A DNA stretch of 64,000 nt from Owenia fusiformis (GCA_903813345.2 CAIIXF020000001.1:35278001-35342000); one strand, 5' to 3'. Positions 23,411 through 37,658 are shown, numbered from the stretch's first letter. A program made the numbers and translations. The notes: a model not told the origin generated them from the letters alone.

Positions 23411-24436
23411 CATGAATTTGAACTAACAAAACAATTACAGAGACTGACTGTTATTCCCAACCCAATTTTGGGTGGTTCTGTTTTTTTGGGTTACCCTGTA
23501 TATTCTACCATCTGATATTTTACGCATTCAGAATTATCTGTTATTGGAAAAAACATTCCGATCCCATAGAATTCTCCCGTTTACATTTAGTCGAAATGAA
23601 AAGAAAACAGTTCTCTGAACTATTTTATTAGTTATTATTACGTACATTATATAGGATTGTCGCGAAACGACAGAGTTATTTGACAATACGTAATGATTAA
23701 TGCGTTTCTGATGAGCGTTGTCTCTTGTCTTGGGAAGGCAACGATATCCAACTGAACATTATCTAACGTAGTTCATTATATTAATACAATATCTAGAAAG
23801 GCATATTTGTGTCACTGTTTTGGATAAAAGAATGGGTAACACTTCTAATACTTTGATATCGCTTCTTTAAAAGAGAGTCCTTAAATCCTGACCTCATGGG
23901 CTTTATGTAAATGTTATAACTAAATAGTGACAGCAAAAAGTTCTAAAAAGCAAGCCCAATGTCCTGTTTAACAACCCCTATTCTTTCTATTGACAATGGA
24001 TTCTAGCAATATTATCCCACATGAATCAATCAACTTCAGTTCTGAAAACATGAGGATTTCAGCAAGGGTGCATTAACTTAAACATGGGGATATACACCAT
24101 TGACCAATGACTTAGGATCTCAGGATACCATCATGTATGTCACGATGTTAAGTCATAGTAAGAATGGGGGTTCTTGAACAGGACATTAAAGCTTAACTAA
24201 GGGCTTTTCGAATTTTTGGTTAGTACTAAAATATAGTAGGTCCGCAAAGACACAGTTCAATAACATTGGTACGTATATATGGGTTATGAACTGGGAGGTT
24301 TTGAATACAGAAAATATCCCGAGATATACAATACATCTTCCCGAGGGCCCGAAGGAACCAAGAGAAGATATATTGTATATCCCAAGAATTTTTCTTGACT
24401 AAAATGTTGATGGTTTGTCGAATATAATGAGAATGA

Positions 24437-24524
24437 TAGCGTTGCCCAAGTCGGTCTCTTACTTATTTTGCTTTCTATTAATTCAAGATAAGATAAGTAA
24501 AAAATACCGACTTGGGCAAGGCTA
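24437..24524. mobile_element. 88-bp MITE with TAG...CTA termini and 9-bp TSD (AcademH-like)
   Basis: TIR TAGC.TTGCCCAAGTCGGT; TSD TGAGAATGA; copies at 57531 and 61500. Confidence 0.85.
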
Positions 24525-26134
24525 TGAGAATGAGAACATTTTAAGAAAACAAACATGGATATTGAGTGTCCTGAAATCCTCACTTGTCAAAGGATAAATT
24601 AGGTATGTGATGCTTTGTTTTGAATATGGGGTAGTATATCCCTCGGGGAAATATATCTAACTGAGGGCCAGTAGCTATATTTCCCTCAGGATACACCCCA
24701 TATCCAAAACCCCTCGTAACATAACCCTGTGTGTATGTTCAAGCGGGGATTATATGCGAAGCGTAATCACTGTTTTTGATGTATCGATGCCCATCAATCA
24801 CGCAATTTTAAGGGGAACGAAGTGAGCAACAGATCATGCTTGAGGTATCAAATCTCGCTAATGACTTATCTGTACACATGTCCCTAGATAATTGCCTTGT
24901 TCATTGGTTGTGCTCTGAAAATGTTTTTAAACACCACAGTTGCGGTGCGACCGACAAGGCGTGTGAGGCGTGTTCCTTTATCATTTTGAAATATGCAGAT
25001 GTGCGGGATCTTTATTTTGTGTATGTACAAAAAGCAATTGTCTATCACTTCCGTCCATTCAGGAACTGTCATTAAGTATCACAATTTAAACCCACTATAT
25101 CACTCATACTGAAGCACAGGTAACTTTGATACTCTAGTGCTAATTACAGTTCGTGTACAGGCTGTAAACCATTGTAGGCCGATTCATAGCAAAAATGCAC
25201 GTTGTTGATGCACCTTTTTAAATATATCTCATATTTTAGAAGCGCATCGGTTCAAAAACAATCCTAGAAGACCTGATATTTTACCATACCGTGCGCCTAG
25301 CAACTTTCTCTTCCAGATTCCAGAGAAACTATCTTCCAGATTTGTTGAATTTCCTTGCAGAAATTGGCGCATCTCCCTTCGTTTATTCTGTGAGGTCATT
25401 TTATTTTTATTTTATCATTTTATGATATGCTGTTATGGGTTCACGTCGAAGTTAACAGCTTTCTCAAATGTGCATAATTTGCGTAAGATCAAGAAGATTA
25501 ATGATTCGACACAGGTATTGTCCTCCCTTGTAACGATGTTATTGCATGCTTCAGTTTATAACGAATCCCTCGCTTTCATTTCAATCAGAAAGAACAAAAA
25601 GAATTGGAAAGCACCCGTCACTGAACAAGAAAAAGACCATCTTTGATGATCACATGCATCTCACACATGATATGTAGTACATGAGACAGGGGCGTAGCCA
25701 GCTTCCGGTCAGGGGGTGCGATCAACAATTAAAAAAATATTCAGTCAACCCGTTGCAATTGTGGCATGAGCAACCCCCAACATTTTTTTTAAAGATTTGT
25801 TTTGAATTTTACAAAAATTGATGCAACTTCCTTCAAAATTGAGCTATAAGTGAGGCTACACTTTAAGATTGTTTCAGGTAACATTTTCATGATCATACGA
25901 CCATGAACACCGTGGACTTTGTGCTATGAGGTAAAACTGGATAGATACCTATAATTATTGTTTATATGATGTAATTATTAATACTAATTAAATTCCTTAA
26001 GTTCGAATATTGCTAGAATGGCAAACCTTTACCTATTACTACCATTTGATCTTATTGAGCTTACGGGTATGTTGGGACTTAGCATAAGTAATAAAGCGGA
26101 GTGTAACAGCAAATATCTAAGAGTGTGTTATGTA

Positions 26135-26781
26135 CACTCCCCTTCATAAGTTTGGCAACCTTAAACCCCAGTCACATTTGTCGCACGGCGGCCGTAAGTC
26201 GATTAAATCGGTGAATTTCTGCGGCGAGCGTAGGGAAACTACGGGCGCCTTGTGGTCTCCGTACGGCGTATGCAGACTTTTACAGGCCACAGGGAAGGCG
26301 TAGAAATTATAACTCGGAGTTATAATATTTTTCATTTCTGCGGTGCCCGTAGAAATCAACTGGCTCAACAAGATAGAATCATTATTTGTTAATGTTTCAC
26401 GATCACTTTTCATTTGATATTACATCCTAGCACTATGAATAACATCTATAAATTGTCCTGATGTAAATAAAATGAAAAAAGTATTATTTATCAACAGAAA
26501 TTTAAAATTCACCGTGCGGCTGCCGTGGGAAATGTGACTGCAAAAGTATGAGAGCGCAGAAATTCTACGGCGGGCGTAGAAAAGCTACTGGCCGCAGAAA
26601 TGATAGACCGTACGGCGGCCGTGGGAAATGTGACGGGGGTGTTAGCTCCCCCATTGAACTACGTGTTAAAGCCTCTTTACTTTTGAATTTTTATTTACTT
26701 AACCAGCGATTTAAACGTAAAGAGGCTTTAACACGTAATTCAATGGAGGAGCTAAGGTTGCCAAACTTATGGAGGGGAGTG
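26135..26781. mobile_element. TA-flanked palindromic MITE (Tc1/mariner-type target) carrying a nested insertion
   Basis: TIR CACTCCCCTTCATAAGTTTGGCAACCTTAG / CTAAGGTTGCCAAACTTATGGAGGGGAGTG; TA on both sides. Confidence 0.8.
26164..26641. mobile_element. PIF/Harbinger-like MITE nested in the left arm of the 26135 element
   Basis: TIR AACCCCAGTCACATTT / AAATGTGACGGGGGTG; TTA TSD. Confidence 0.8.
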
Positions 26782-26920
26782 TAGGTCATTTTGACATGGT
26801 ACTTACATGTACATATATTTAGGTTTAGATCAATACAAACTGGTCCATTTTATTGCAATTTAACGATGGATTTTTCAGTTTTGTCTATACTGAGTTCAGT
26901 ATACTGTTTCACTGTCAGTA

Positions 26921-28079
26921 ATGCCTTGGTCACATAGGCTCCGATTTTCACTACGGCGCCCGGCCGATGAGTATTTTGTTCAAAATCGGCCGGCGAGCCC
27001 GGGCATCGTACGGGCGCCGGGCGATGATCGCCACTCATCGGCCGATTTTTAGACATTGTACGGGCGCCGGCAGAGTTTTATCGCGGAGATAAAAGTTGCC
27101 GATGTCTTGGCGATTTTTTCTCAACCAAACTCATCGGTACCTACCCGGCCGTGTCCCGTCCGATCATCGTACGATTATCTTACGGCGCCCGGTGGCATCG
27201 CACGGTCATCTTGGGATTTTGCGTGCTGATTAAATCTTAATAATGATTACTTATAAAGTAATATAAAGGTTTTAAAAATAATGAGGTAAGGAATTATAAT
27301 TACTACACACTGTCATGAGATTTTTTATAAAACATAAATGGAACAGTCAAAAGAAAGATGCAGAAATATGGAATTTTGCTAATAGCATCGGATGGACAGG
27401 TAGACATAGTATTTGTTTATATGAAAGATCTAAAAATAAATTAAGGTCAGTTCACTTTAATGAATTCAAAAGACCACGTGCAGTATGGCAAGTGATTTTA
27501 GACGGTCGTATCTTTCACCATGAGTACTTTCTGGGCATAAATACACGTACAGTGTTTTTATTAAAACAATATGTTTTCTTTCAATTGAAGTACCCATGAT
27601 ATAGTAAAAATATCAATCAAACAATTTGAAAAATTATGAATAGGGACCCCATGTCAGCATTTTTTCTAAATATTGAACCTATTTACTCAAAAGAGGATCT
27701 TTCTGATTGTTATTGCATGGAAACATTATTATCCTGGAAGTCCTGTCTATCGAAGTATTTCGTTTTCAAATCTTGCATTCACGCCATGTGGAACAGGCAT
27801 ACCGGGTCATACAAGAATTTTGTATAATCTAGAGGCCTGTAGATCGATCGACCGATGTCCTGGCGGGTGCCGTACGGCCATCGGCAGATAGCCTTGCGAT
27901 ACCCGTGCGATGTCTTTCAGATTCAATTGATTGCGGGCGCCGTACGATGCCTGTACTTATGTGACCATACTCACGATTAGATCAAGACATCGGTGAAAAG
28001 TCACCGGCGCCCGGTCGATTTAGAAATCGGCCGATGACTACTCATCGGCCGGCGCCCGGCGGCTATGTGACCCAGGCAT
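26921..28079. mobile_element. Non-autonomous TIR element with GC-rich subterminal repeats (Harbinger-like)
   Basis: TIR ATGCCTTGGTCACATAG / CTATGTGACCCAGGCAT; repeated GGCGCCCGG and ATCGGCCG motifs; AT-rich core. Confidence 0.8.
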
Positions 28080-29980
28080 TAACCTACGCGTTCTCAGCTT
28101 CGGCTTTGTGATGCCCTATCGGTAATGATACTGATAAGTTATTGCAGATGAATTTAGATTAAACCCCAGGCTCTTGGTATGAGACTTCGAAGACTGAAAA
28201 GTTGAACCTGTAAATGTATTATTTCTTCTGACATTTGATCTTAAATAATTGAAACAATTAATCTTAAATGATAGAGCCCAGCAGTGCTTTCTAACATTTT
28301 CAAGATTAGTGTGGCATCGACACGAACACGTTACAGAGTCGCCAGATTGCACACAACTGGTGCCCCGGGGATTTCACTCCAATATATCTCTTAATTCCTA
28401 TGTACCGCACTAAAGACCCCCTTTTGAGCATTATTTCCATGTCAATTTTCTTCCAAGATTGAAGGTTTCCATGTTTAATTCCTTTCAGACTTGTAAAAGT
28501 CAATTTTATTCCTCTCAACCTCATAGATATGTCCATGTCGAATTCTTCTGGACTGGGACTTACATAATATATAGTTAAATTGGCTAAAAAATCGACTTTT
28601 CCAGTCATTTATCCCAGGCCTCGGCAACTTATTTAACCAATTTAATACCCTTTTTTATAAAAAAAACAAACTGAATTTTGATCTTTTGAAAGGTAGTTTC
28701 TTTGGCAATTTTTCATCTTTTTTTCCTCTCAGATTGACCAGTTTCCATGTTTTATGCCCAACACCAAAATTGGTCGTACTGCACACACTTTACTTCTAGT
28801 ACATGTACCCACTCAGAGTGAACCCCCGGGAATGGTGCACGGGTGGTGGAACTCTTCAAACTGTTTAGGAAAACGGACCTGTTTCTGTAACAAAATGGTT
28901 TCACAAGATGTAGGGAGAATCTTTAAGACATTTCTGATACTTGGCATCATCACGACTGGGAAGGGGCAAGGGGAATACCTCAGTATCCAGAGAAGACCTA
29001 TCTTCAATGAAAAGTTAATAGAGATGACCCTCCATGGTAATAAGTAAACGATTTTAGGTTATATGACTCTTAATTTGGCAAGAAATCAACAAAAATAGGA
29101 TGCTGATATAAAAAGATATTTTGATTCCAGGACGACAGTGGGCAAATTCTTTTAAAGCGATTTCTTATTTCTTATCAAAACGCACTTTGTACGCAGGTAG
29201 GCATATAGCTCATGTTTTTTCAAAATTTATTTCTATGAAGCACAATTCACAATTCTTACTTCATTTTAACGATATTGAGGGATATGGATATTGATGATAC
29301 ATACCACTTCTCAACCTTTGTTCACAGCTCTTTGTTCTATTACCCTGCGCGAGCGGCAGAGTCTATATAGTTATAAACGAAGCTCTCTATTAAGAAGTGA
29401 AGTCGAACGAAAGGGTGCTGTTGGAGTCCAGGGTCGCTTAAAATGATATTCAATTCAAATCAATTCAATTCAATTTATTATTCAATTCTAGTTTTCATAC
29501 AATATTAATTTACAAGTGATATAAAAATGTAACCCAAATATTCGCATGACACAGTAAACAAAAACAATCTCTATCAATTGGAAGATGATCGGCGTCCCTA
29601 GATAATTACAAGGTGAGGGATAATAGAAAGCTCATAATGGTACTGATCTAATTAATTCTTTCTAGATTCAAGTCATTTACTTGATTACAAGAACTCGGAC
29701 AGTAATCCTCATAAAACACATTTTCATAAATGATGCGTCTTTATCACATTTTATCGTAACAACTTCTGTGCGAGTATTAGGCAACTGAACAGCAACACAC
29801 ATAATCGTTAACTCGGATTGGCATAATCAGAAAAATAACAATAAAAAAATTACAAAAATATTCACCCAGCCTAGACCCGGAATTTTTCATTTCATAAGTG
29901 CAGTTTTGCTAGCTTTCATTATTTCTCACACTTCAATATAATTTTGGCTTTGCGTAATATAACTTAGTTAGATACATGTA

Positions 29981-31130
29981 CAGGGTGACCCAAAAAATGC
30001 AACCCTCCATATTTTTCTTAAATGGAGGTAATTGCTCTGAGATTTGGCACACAAGGATTTCATTCAAAGTGGGATCCTCTGGCAAAGTTTTAATAATCAG
30101 TCTAATATTGATAGAGTTATGGTTGTTTCAAGATATGCTCCAGATGTCGACAATTTCGCTGAAAACAAACTTGCAATGTTCAAGGAAAACTGTTCATAAC
30201 ACGGATGCATTCTTTCCCATGGGTATGGCTCAAATTTTTGCAGCCATTGCTTACTGGAGTTCTGCAATTGCGGTAGGGTAATTTTCATACACATTATCCT
30301 TTAAATAACCCCATATATAGAAGTCAGGGGCATTGAGATCAAGACTGTGGGATGACCATGGGTTCTCCATCCTAGGAGAGATAATCTTCTCATAGAAATG
30401 ACTAGTGAGCCAGGCTATGCTATCATTCGAAGTGTGAGGAGTAGCTCCATCCTTCTAGAACCACTGTTCTTGTCTATTGAAGCCTCTATGGCACTCCAGG
30501 GGGGAGATTTCCCAAAGATGCCCTATCATATTAGCATGTTCGAAAACAAATTTTATAAACAGGCCTAAATTTGCCGTTGAAATGGATCTTCAAATGTTCA
30601 CTGTAGTTTTATGAGTATTCTCTACAAGTATGGATCGAGTAACTTCGATAGTATTACCGTAGGTTAAGTTTGAAATGACGATGTTGAACTGATGTAAACG
30701 CCATTCTCACGATTTCAAATTTAACTCTGCGCATGCGCAGCACTGAGAGAGCATGTGCCCATGATTGTTCACGTGATCGAATCCTGCAATTTGATTGGAG
30801 ATGATGCAAGAGATGATGTAATGGGGAATCCCCGAATACGATAGAATATGAAAGAATTATGGGAGCTACTCACTCCTCCTGATGTCACTCTATAACTGCC
30901 TAGAACTTCCTGGGAACGCCAATATCGCGCTGTGCGACAACAGTAACAGGAACAGGAACAGGAACAGGAAATGTGATTCATCCGAAAACCTAACATTAGA
31001 AATGGACATTTGGAGCATATTTTGGAACAACCATAACTCTATCAATATAAAACTATGATTATTGAAACTTTGCCAGAGGATCCCACATTGAATGAAGTCC
31101 TTGTGTGCCTTTCAGCGCAATTAACCTCCA
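29981..31130 (-). mobile_element. Decayed Tc1/mariner (DD37D/maT-like) transposon
   Basis: TA-CAGGGTG end; about 30025-30148 inverse of 31005-31130; minus-strand remnants FSDESHF, WF*KDGATPHT and PWSSHSLDLNAPDFYIWGYLKDNVY. Confidence 0.85.
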
Positions 31131-33841
31131 CCTTTTCTGGATATAACTGACGCATTTGCTTTACAAAATGAAATGGAATTCATCGCCTACTCCTCGCCAA
31201 CCTCTTTCAACAGGTTGCTAGATATTACTCGATCTATATCTTGATTAAAACTCCTCATAAAATCTAGATGATTTTCGCAATTCTGTTTTGACAATTCTGT
31301 ATTCATAACCTTTTGTACTGTCTCTCATGTCACTACTACTTTTGAAACTGGTCTGCGTATCTGACCATGGGCTCTCCATGATCTATGGATTCAGCACAAA
31401 TGCCAAAAGGAAATGATGAAAATGTGTTACAAAACGCAGCAACATTCATTAACGGGTCTCTCATGCAATTAGCAAGATTCGAAGATGCATTTCTGTCGTA
31501 TACATAATTTTGCATAGTCACATTTTTTACCTATTTTCGAATCTTTCTTAGCACGGCATGTTGCTAATTTATACCAAAATTTTAAATTACATACATTAGA
31601 CTCATCGACAGGATATCTACCAGGTTCACCATCATGTTAGTCCATGTATTGCCTACTAAGATATCAATTTAATGTAATTTTCTCGATAGGTAACGAATTA
31701 CACCTAGATCGAGAAGTTAGAATATTGCTTTTTCTGGTACCTATGTTTATCATAAAATAACACTCGTAATCACTGGTTTCATCTGCAATTTAGATTATGA
31801 CCATCATATTTTGCTTTCTCAGTATTACTTTTGATTTGCCTTTATGACGATATGATCTTTACGTGGAAAAGCGCATTGAAGCTTATCTATGTTATTAGTG
31901 AGGTGACAGTGTCATCATCCACCGAGTTCATTTCCTATAGCTAATTGTTCACAACTTTTTCAATAAATAATCCTCGACGTTGACGTTCAGATAAAGTGAA
32001 TGCACCGGATGAGAAATATTTTCCCTCGCAATTCACAGAATGCAACAAACAATTTGGACTGAATACGAAGTTTGTAAATAACAAAGCTTTTCATATTGCC
32101 ATACATGTTTTGTATATAGGTACTTATTTCTTTTTTATACTAAGCTTATATATTATATATTTTTATTTGTTTCATTCAAACACCATCATGGCGCCCCCTA
32201 AACATTGTCCCATTTAAAAAATCATTCAAAAAGGTTTCAGCAAAGTTCAAAACGTAATTGGTTGTTGAGTAGCTTTTTCATAATAGCATAAATAATTTGG
32301 ACTTTCCAGAAAGCATCTGATAAACAGCAAACACGACTACCTGTTGTCGATCCCTATGATTTTAAGCATCGCAATACTGTGCAATGACAGTTTAGACTCG
32401 TAGTTCTACTTTGACACTTTTTACAACCCTAACCGAGATCTTATTTTTTCGTAATTCTGCCCCCGCTCCCCCACTTCGAAAATTTGATAATTTTCCCCCA
32501 CCCCTGAGTCCCAGTGTGTACACCATCGTCATACTAATCATCGTAATATACTCATAGCATGATAATACTAAATAGGCCTCCGATAATACATAGAAGGATG
32601 AGAGCAAAGATAATGTACTCTCAACTCGTTTCCCGTTTCCATCCCCTCTATCTCTACTTAGTAAATATACACAGCCTCTGTAATCTGGAATCAATGCAAA
32701 TCCCCCAATGTACGTACATAAGTTGATTAAAATTCAGACAGGGGATCTCGAAATGTAATAATGATCAGATTATGTACAAAGTACACCCGGGAAAGTACAT
32801 GCCAATGAAATCCAGATTCTTTGATAACACCCCAATTTCCTTGAATGTCAATGTTATGGATATTCGTATTTTTTCTCATGCAGCTAACAAAATGCTAAAC
32901 GTACCATAACAATTTTCCGAAAGGGCTCAGTCTGACGAGGCACAAATGATACAGGCATGTTGCACATTAGACTGTCTGGTATTTTCCCTGGTAAATCGAA
33001 TTCAATTATTTTTATCATCATTGCATCGTATTTACAACGGAATTGGTAAGACATACGACGGTCTATTACAAGAAGATTCAACGATGACATGTAGATGTCC
33101 AAAAGCAATACGGGACAGGAAAACAGACTTGAGACTAAGCTTGTATGGGATCTGGGGATTGAGGCATAACCGTAGCCTTGCACATGAAATTCTAAACAAC
33201 GAAATTCGAAATTGAGATATAGGGCAATCGCTCACTTGTCCGTCTCTCTGTGACTCTGTACGTCTCTGTGTCTGTCAGCCTGTCAATCTGTCAACAATCA
33301 ATAGGGACACGTTTTAAAACCTCTGTCGATTTTTGTTCAACATCAATTTGAATTTTCTCGGCGCAAAAGTTTACAACTGATTAATTTTGGGGCATTTTGG
33401 ATAAATTTGGGCAAATTTGGATTTTTCGTCCAAAAATCTTGTCCGTTAAGTTTTCATGTTTTGAACCAAACGATTTCATGGATTAATCTGAATCCCTCAG
33501 GGATGTTTCTTGGTACAGGGCATAAAAATCTACAAATGCTTAAAGTCTTTGGATAATCTGCCCAATTTCTTAAACTTTTTTTTATAATAGTGGCATATAA
33601 CTATTTTGTTTGACATGATATTAAAAACAATTTTTTAAAATTGATTTTTCAATGACAACACAAGAATTTCAAATATTTCTCAATACAATAATTCCAAGAA
33701 CAATAGTTAAACAATGGGGTTGCCATTCCAGGTGGTTTTATTCCAAGATAAGGCTTACTCAAAGGACATCTCTCTGAATCAGTTTGATATTTCTGCTGTG
33801 TCCTCCGGAGCTCAGTGGCTGGTAGCTGGTTAGTTCCTCTT

Positions 33842-34033
33842 GTGGGGCCACCTAAAACCAAGGTCTTCACAACACTCCCCACTGATCTGAATGAACTTAA
33901 AGAATAATTGATAAAGTCAGTGTCAGGTACGACAAGAAAGGTAGCTCACCACCAGTGCTTTTTAGGATGAATGCCAAAATTATAAAAGATATTGAACATT
34001 TTTTACTTGTAACATTTTTATTGAGACACTCTG
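33842..34033 (+). mobile_element. Tc1/mariner transposase 3' remnant
   Basis: Frameshifted WGHLK...KVFTTLPTDLNELK followed by a TIR-like GAGACACTCTG. Confidence 0.45.
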
Positions 34034-35807
34034 CATTAGAAGTTAGTGTTATCGTTTAGAAGTATTTCAATTTCTCCAAATTATACAAGCACACTGTAAA
34101 ACAACTCACAATATGCTTCTTCATACTTGGTAGGGAACATTTTTTCACAATTATCAACACGTTTCAATTCCCAGGGAATCAACTCATCAAAATCCTGAGC
34201 AGAATTCACAAAAGGCTAGGATAAGTAAAGTTTACAGGAATAAACTGACACGGAACTTTAACTAAGCCTATAGTGAATTTTTGCATTGATTCTTCAAACA
34301 AACAAAAATATTGTAATACTACATTATGATATTAGCATACGATATATAAATCACGAGGTCAATAAAATATATCCGACGGAGGGCCGCAGTCCCCGAGGGA
34401 AGATAAAATATATTGTCCAAGAGTTAATCCTAATATCGTATATAGCGACTAAAGGATGATCTAGTCATCCTATATTTAGTTTTCCTTTGTTTTTTAAAAC
34501 AATTTTAAAAAATTGAAAAAACTAGAAAAAATGTTGAAAAAATGTGAAAAAAGATTTGAATTTTTTGAAAAAATAGTGAAAATATTGAAAAGAAGATTTT
34601 GAAAAAAAAATTCAAAAAATTGGAAAAGATCGAAACCATCGAATATCACTTTTGAAACCATCACATATCACTTTTGAAACCATAATTTGGGATTTTTTTT
34701 CCCGAAAATATGATATCTTGATCCGCAGATCAAATAGATCAAATAGAATATCGTTTGTACAAGTAGTAAAGTTTTCACCCTTTTTGATTTTTCCACTAAC
34801 AGTATTTTCATTCAACTCCAATCTCTATTTCTATCATTTATTTTTTGACCAGAATTACATTTTTTCGATTTTCTGTTAGTCTGGACATAGGGCTTTATCT
34901 CGCCCGCTGTTGAAAATGAAACATGTGTTACAAAACTTGCTTTATACTGAATCACACGTCCAAATGTGATGGGATAATTGATTTTTTTTATATACAGTAA
35001 GTATTATTTAGTCGACGTTATTTTTAAGATGTAACATACATTCTGTTCTTATAGTCAGATAACTAGTGCTAATGACATAGTTATGGAAATATAATTAATA
35101 TCTACGAAGTGAAAAGCGAGGACGTAACGCATATAGGGCAGAGTCAGAGCCTATTAGGTAACTGTTATACATTATCATCGGGGGCATATATTACGGCCAT
35201 CAATCAAGATATAATTTAAAGTAGTAACACTAGATGGTAATTAGCAACTGTCTGGTACTCAATGAGTAAACCATGGTCCATCTTCATTTATTATTTCACC
35301 TTATCAACTGGACCGTTTTTTCAGCGAAAATAACATGTTTAATTAATTATCACACTGAAACTAATGGAACGGTTGGATATCGCTCTGACCTCTACGATAT
35401 TGCCTCGGTGGACAGTATTTATATTTAACATGTTTAATGGATGATTTCTCAAGTTTCAGTTCTCTCTCGCACGCTATTTTGGATCGGTTGTAACTCTCAA
35501 GAGGGTTAGTTTTCCAATTATCGGGACAATTTACTCGTAAGCTGAGTAATATGCATTTACATTTACTTCAAACAAAAGCTTCTGGAGGTCTTTGATTTCG
35601 TTAAAATAACACATTAAGCGCATAGTTGTCAAGTTATTTGCACGACGCACCAAGATATAAGTGATATTTAGATATATTTAGATGAAGCAAACAATCTACT
35701 TAAAATAGGGGTGGGTGAAATTCTTAAGAATGTTGTATGTTAAAGCTGTTTCTTGCTGTTCTTCTTCCTCATTGAGCCTGTTAAAACGACAAGAGCAGTT
35801 AGACAAG

Positions 35808-35890
35808 TGACGCAATAATGTTCTAACGCAACATCAGTTTGATCCACGCACCACTCAGTATAAAGGCCAGGTTAGCGCAATTCATTTTCA
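35808..35890 (+). promoter_or_regulatory. Putative GPCR core promoter: CRE-like TGACGCAA, TATAAA, Inr-like TCATT
   Basis: TGACGCAA at 35808, TATAAA at 35859, TCATT at 35882; donor AAG|gtaatt at 36011 and acceptor ttttcag at 36396, 17 nt before the ATG. Confidence 0.55.
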
Positions 35891-36413
35891 TATAGGCTGT
35901 GGATAGTCGAAGTGATGTGGAGTATATCTTCTAATTAATTTAGCTCTGCGACAAGTAAGCACACAAAAAAGGATAAGACTTTATTATCGTACGGACGAAA
36001 ATATCTAAAGGTAATTAGAATTTTATCTAATTTTATGTTAATATGTCATAGAATACGGTGTTCTCTGAGAAAACGTATACGCTTAATGAATATAATATTA
36101 TGAATATATAATGAATATATATAAGAATGATGTTTCGGAACTACATGTAAATTATTTAAGTATACGTGTAGTCTGCTGATGCTAAATATAATTGATCAAT
36201 TCATGCAACACTACACGATGGAATTATACTCATATAGATTTCGTCTTGGTTTACAATTCTCAAAATGATATTGTTTTAATTGAAATTGTGTACATGGTGT
36301 AGATACTTATTCGCCAGGAAGGACGCTACTTTAGACATAAATTGAATTCATGATAACATCCCGAAACCGAAATTGATCTATAAAAATTATTTTCAGGAAA
36401 CTAGGCCTACAAG

Positions 36414-37658
36414 ATGAGTGTCATGAGTGGAGCGTTTAATATAGTCAATAATACAATTCAGATTGAACACGGACTTGAAGAAACACCATGGATTGAATTA
36501 CAAACTGAAAAGGTGGATTACATGTACACGTTCTCCGACAACTCCGAGCAAGATGGGAATTACACTGAAGATGCAAAGTTTGAAGAATTTTACAAACAAT
36601 CCAGATTCATCACTGGATTGATATGCTATCCCATTGTTTGCACATTTGGCTTGATAGGAAATGTCATAAGCGTTATAGTATTGTCTCAAAAAAAATTGCG
36701 AACCTCTACGAACATATACCTCATATGTCTGGCTATATCCGATGGTATTAAACTTTTAAATGACTTTTTGTACTTTTGGACGGTTCTGTTCTTCCATGTT
36801 AAACCTCCGATCGGAGAACTGATGTATGGCTATCTGTATCCATACGCTCATTTTATCATGAACTGGTCAACGTTCACTACTGCATGGTTGACAGTATCCG
36901 TTGGCGTTGAACGGTACATTTTCGTGTGCTATGCGACCCGGGCAAAAATTTGGTGTAGTAAATTCAGATCATGCGTCATAAGCATGGCTGTTTTTATTAT
37001 CATGTTCGCTCTGGCTATTCCATTTGGAATGCGTTACCAGACCATTCATAATTCTCAAAACGGAACATTGGACGTAGTAGTGACGGAACTTTGGAAGGTT
37101 GACGTATTTGTAGTGACATACACCTGGATTCAAACCTTACTGAGATCTATCGTGCCTTTAATTATACTGGTGACTTTGAATGCGTGTATAATAACGGCGC
37201 TATGGAAATCGCACAAGGCCAGCAAGAGACGATTGTCCAAGAATAACAGAATCACAACGACTCTGATATTCGTTGTACTTATGTTTACGGTGTGTGTGAC
37301 GCCCGATGCTATAATGTCGTTGTTCATGGGATTCGGCTACCTTGACGCCACTTTTCTTGGCAGGGGCATACGAGAAATCACTGATTTATTACTAGCTGTT
37401 AATTCTGCTTGCAACTTTATACTCTATTACACGTTTAATAGAGTATTCAGAAAACATTTTATTCAACTCTTCACGTGTATTAAAAGAGGCGAGAGGCGAT
37501 TAAGTGGAAAATCAGAAACTGTCTTAAATATGACACCCCAACCAAGCGGATTTCATTACCTGAAAAAGGCATTCCCATCGTTTTTTCACAGTTCAATGGT
37601 TACGTCAGTTGCTGTAACAAAGGTTCCTCTTGGGTCACAACAGGGTGTTATCCTTTAG
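36414..37658 (+). CDS. Class A 7TM GPCR, FMRFamide receptor / sex peptide receptor / GPR139-like group (414 aa, single coding exon)
   Basis: Seven hydrophobic helices; GLIGN, LAISD, VERY, CVTP and NSACNFILY motifs; N-glycosylation sequons in the N-terminus; AATAAA at about 38019. Confidence 0.95.
   Translation: MSVMSGAFNIVNNTIQIEHGLEETPWIELQTEKVDYMYTFSDNSEQDGNYTEDAKFEEFYKQSRFITGLICYPIVCTFGLIGNVISVIVLSQKKLRTSTNIYLICLAISDGIKLLNDFLYFWTVLFFHVKPPIGELMYGYLYPYAHFIMNWSTFTTAWLTVSVGVERYIFVCYATRAKIWCSKFRSCVISMAVFIIMFALAIPFGMRYQTIHNSQNGTLDVVVTELWKVDVFVVTYTWIQTLLRSIVPLIILVTLNACIITALWKSHKASKRRLSKNNRITTTLIFVVLMFTVCVTPDAIMSLFMGFGYLDATFLGRGIREITDLLLAVNSACNFILYYTFNRVFRKHFIQLFTCIKRGERRLSGKSETVLNMTPQPSGFHYLKKAFPSFFHSSMVTSVAVTKVPLGSQQGVIL

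Noticed and set aside
23660..23745. Hammerhead- or SECIS-like motif (CGCGAAAC...CTGATGAGCG plus hairpin)
   Set aside because: Stem I does not pair for a hammerhead; for SECIS the helix register is off and there is no correctly placed AA
30728..30739. Perfect NRF1-type palindrome TGCGCATGCGCA
   Set aside because: Lies inside a decayed transposon with no linked gene start visible
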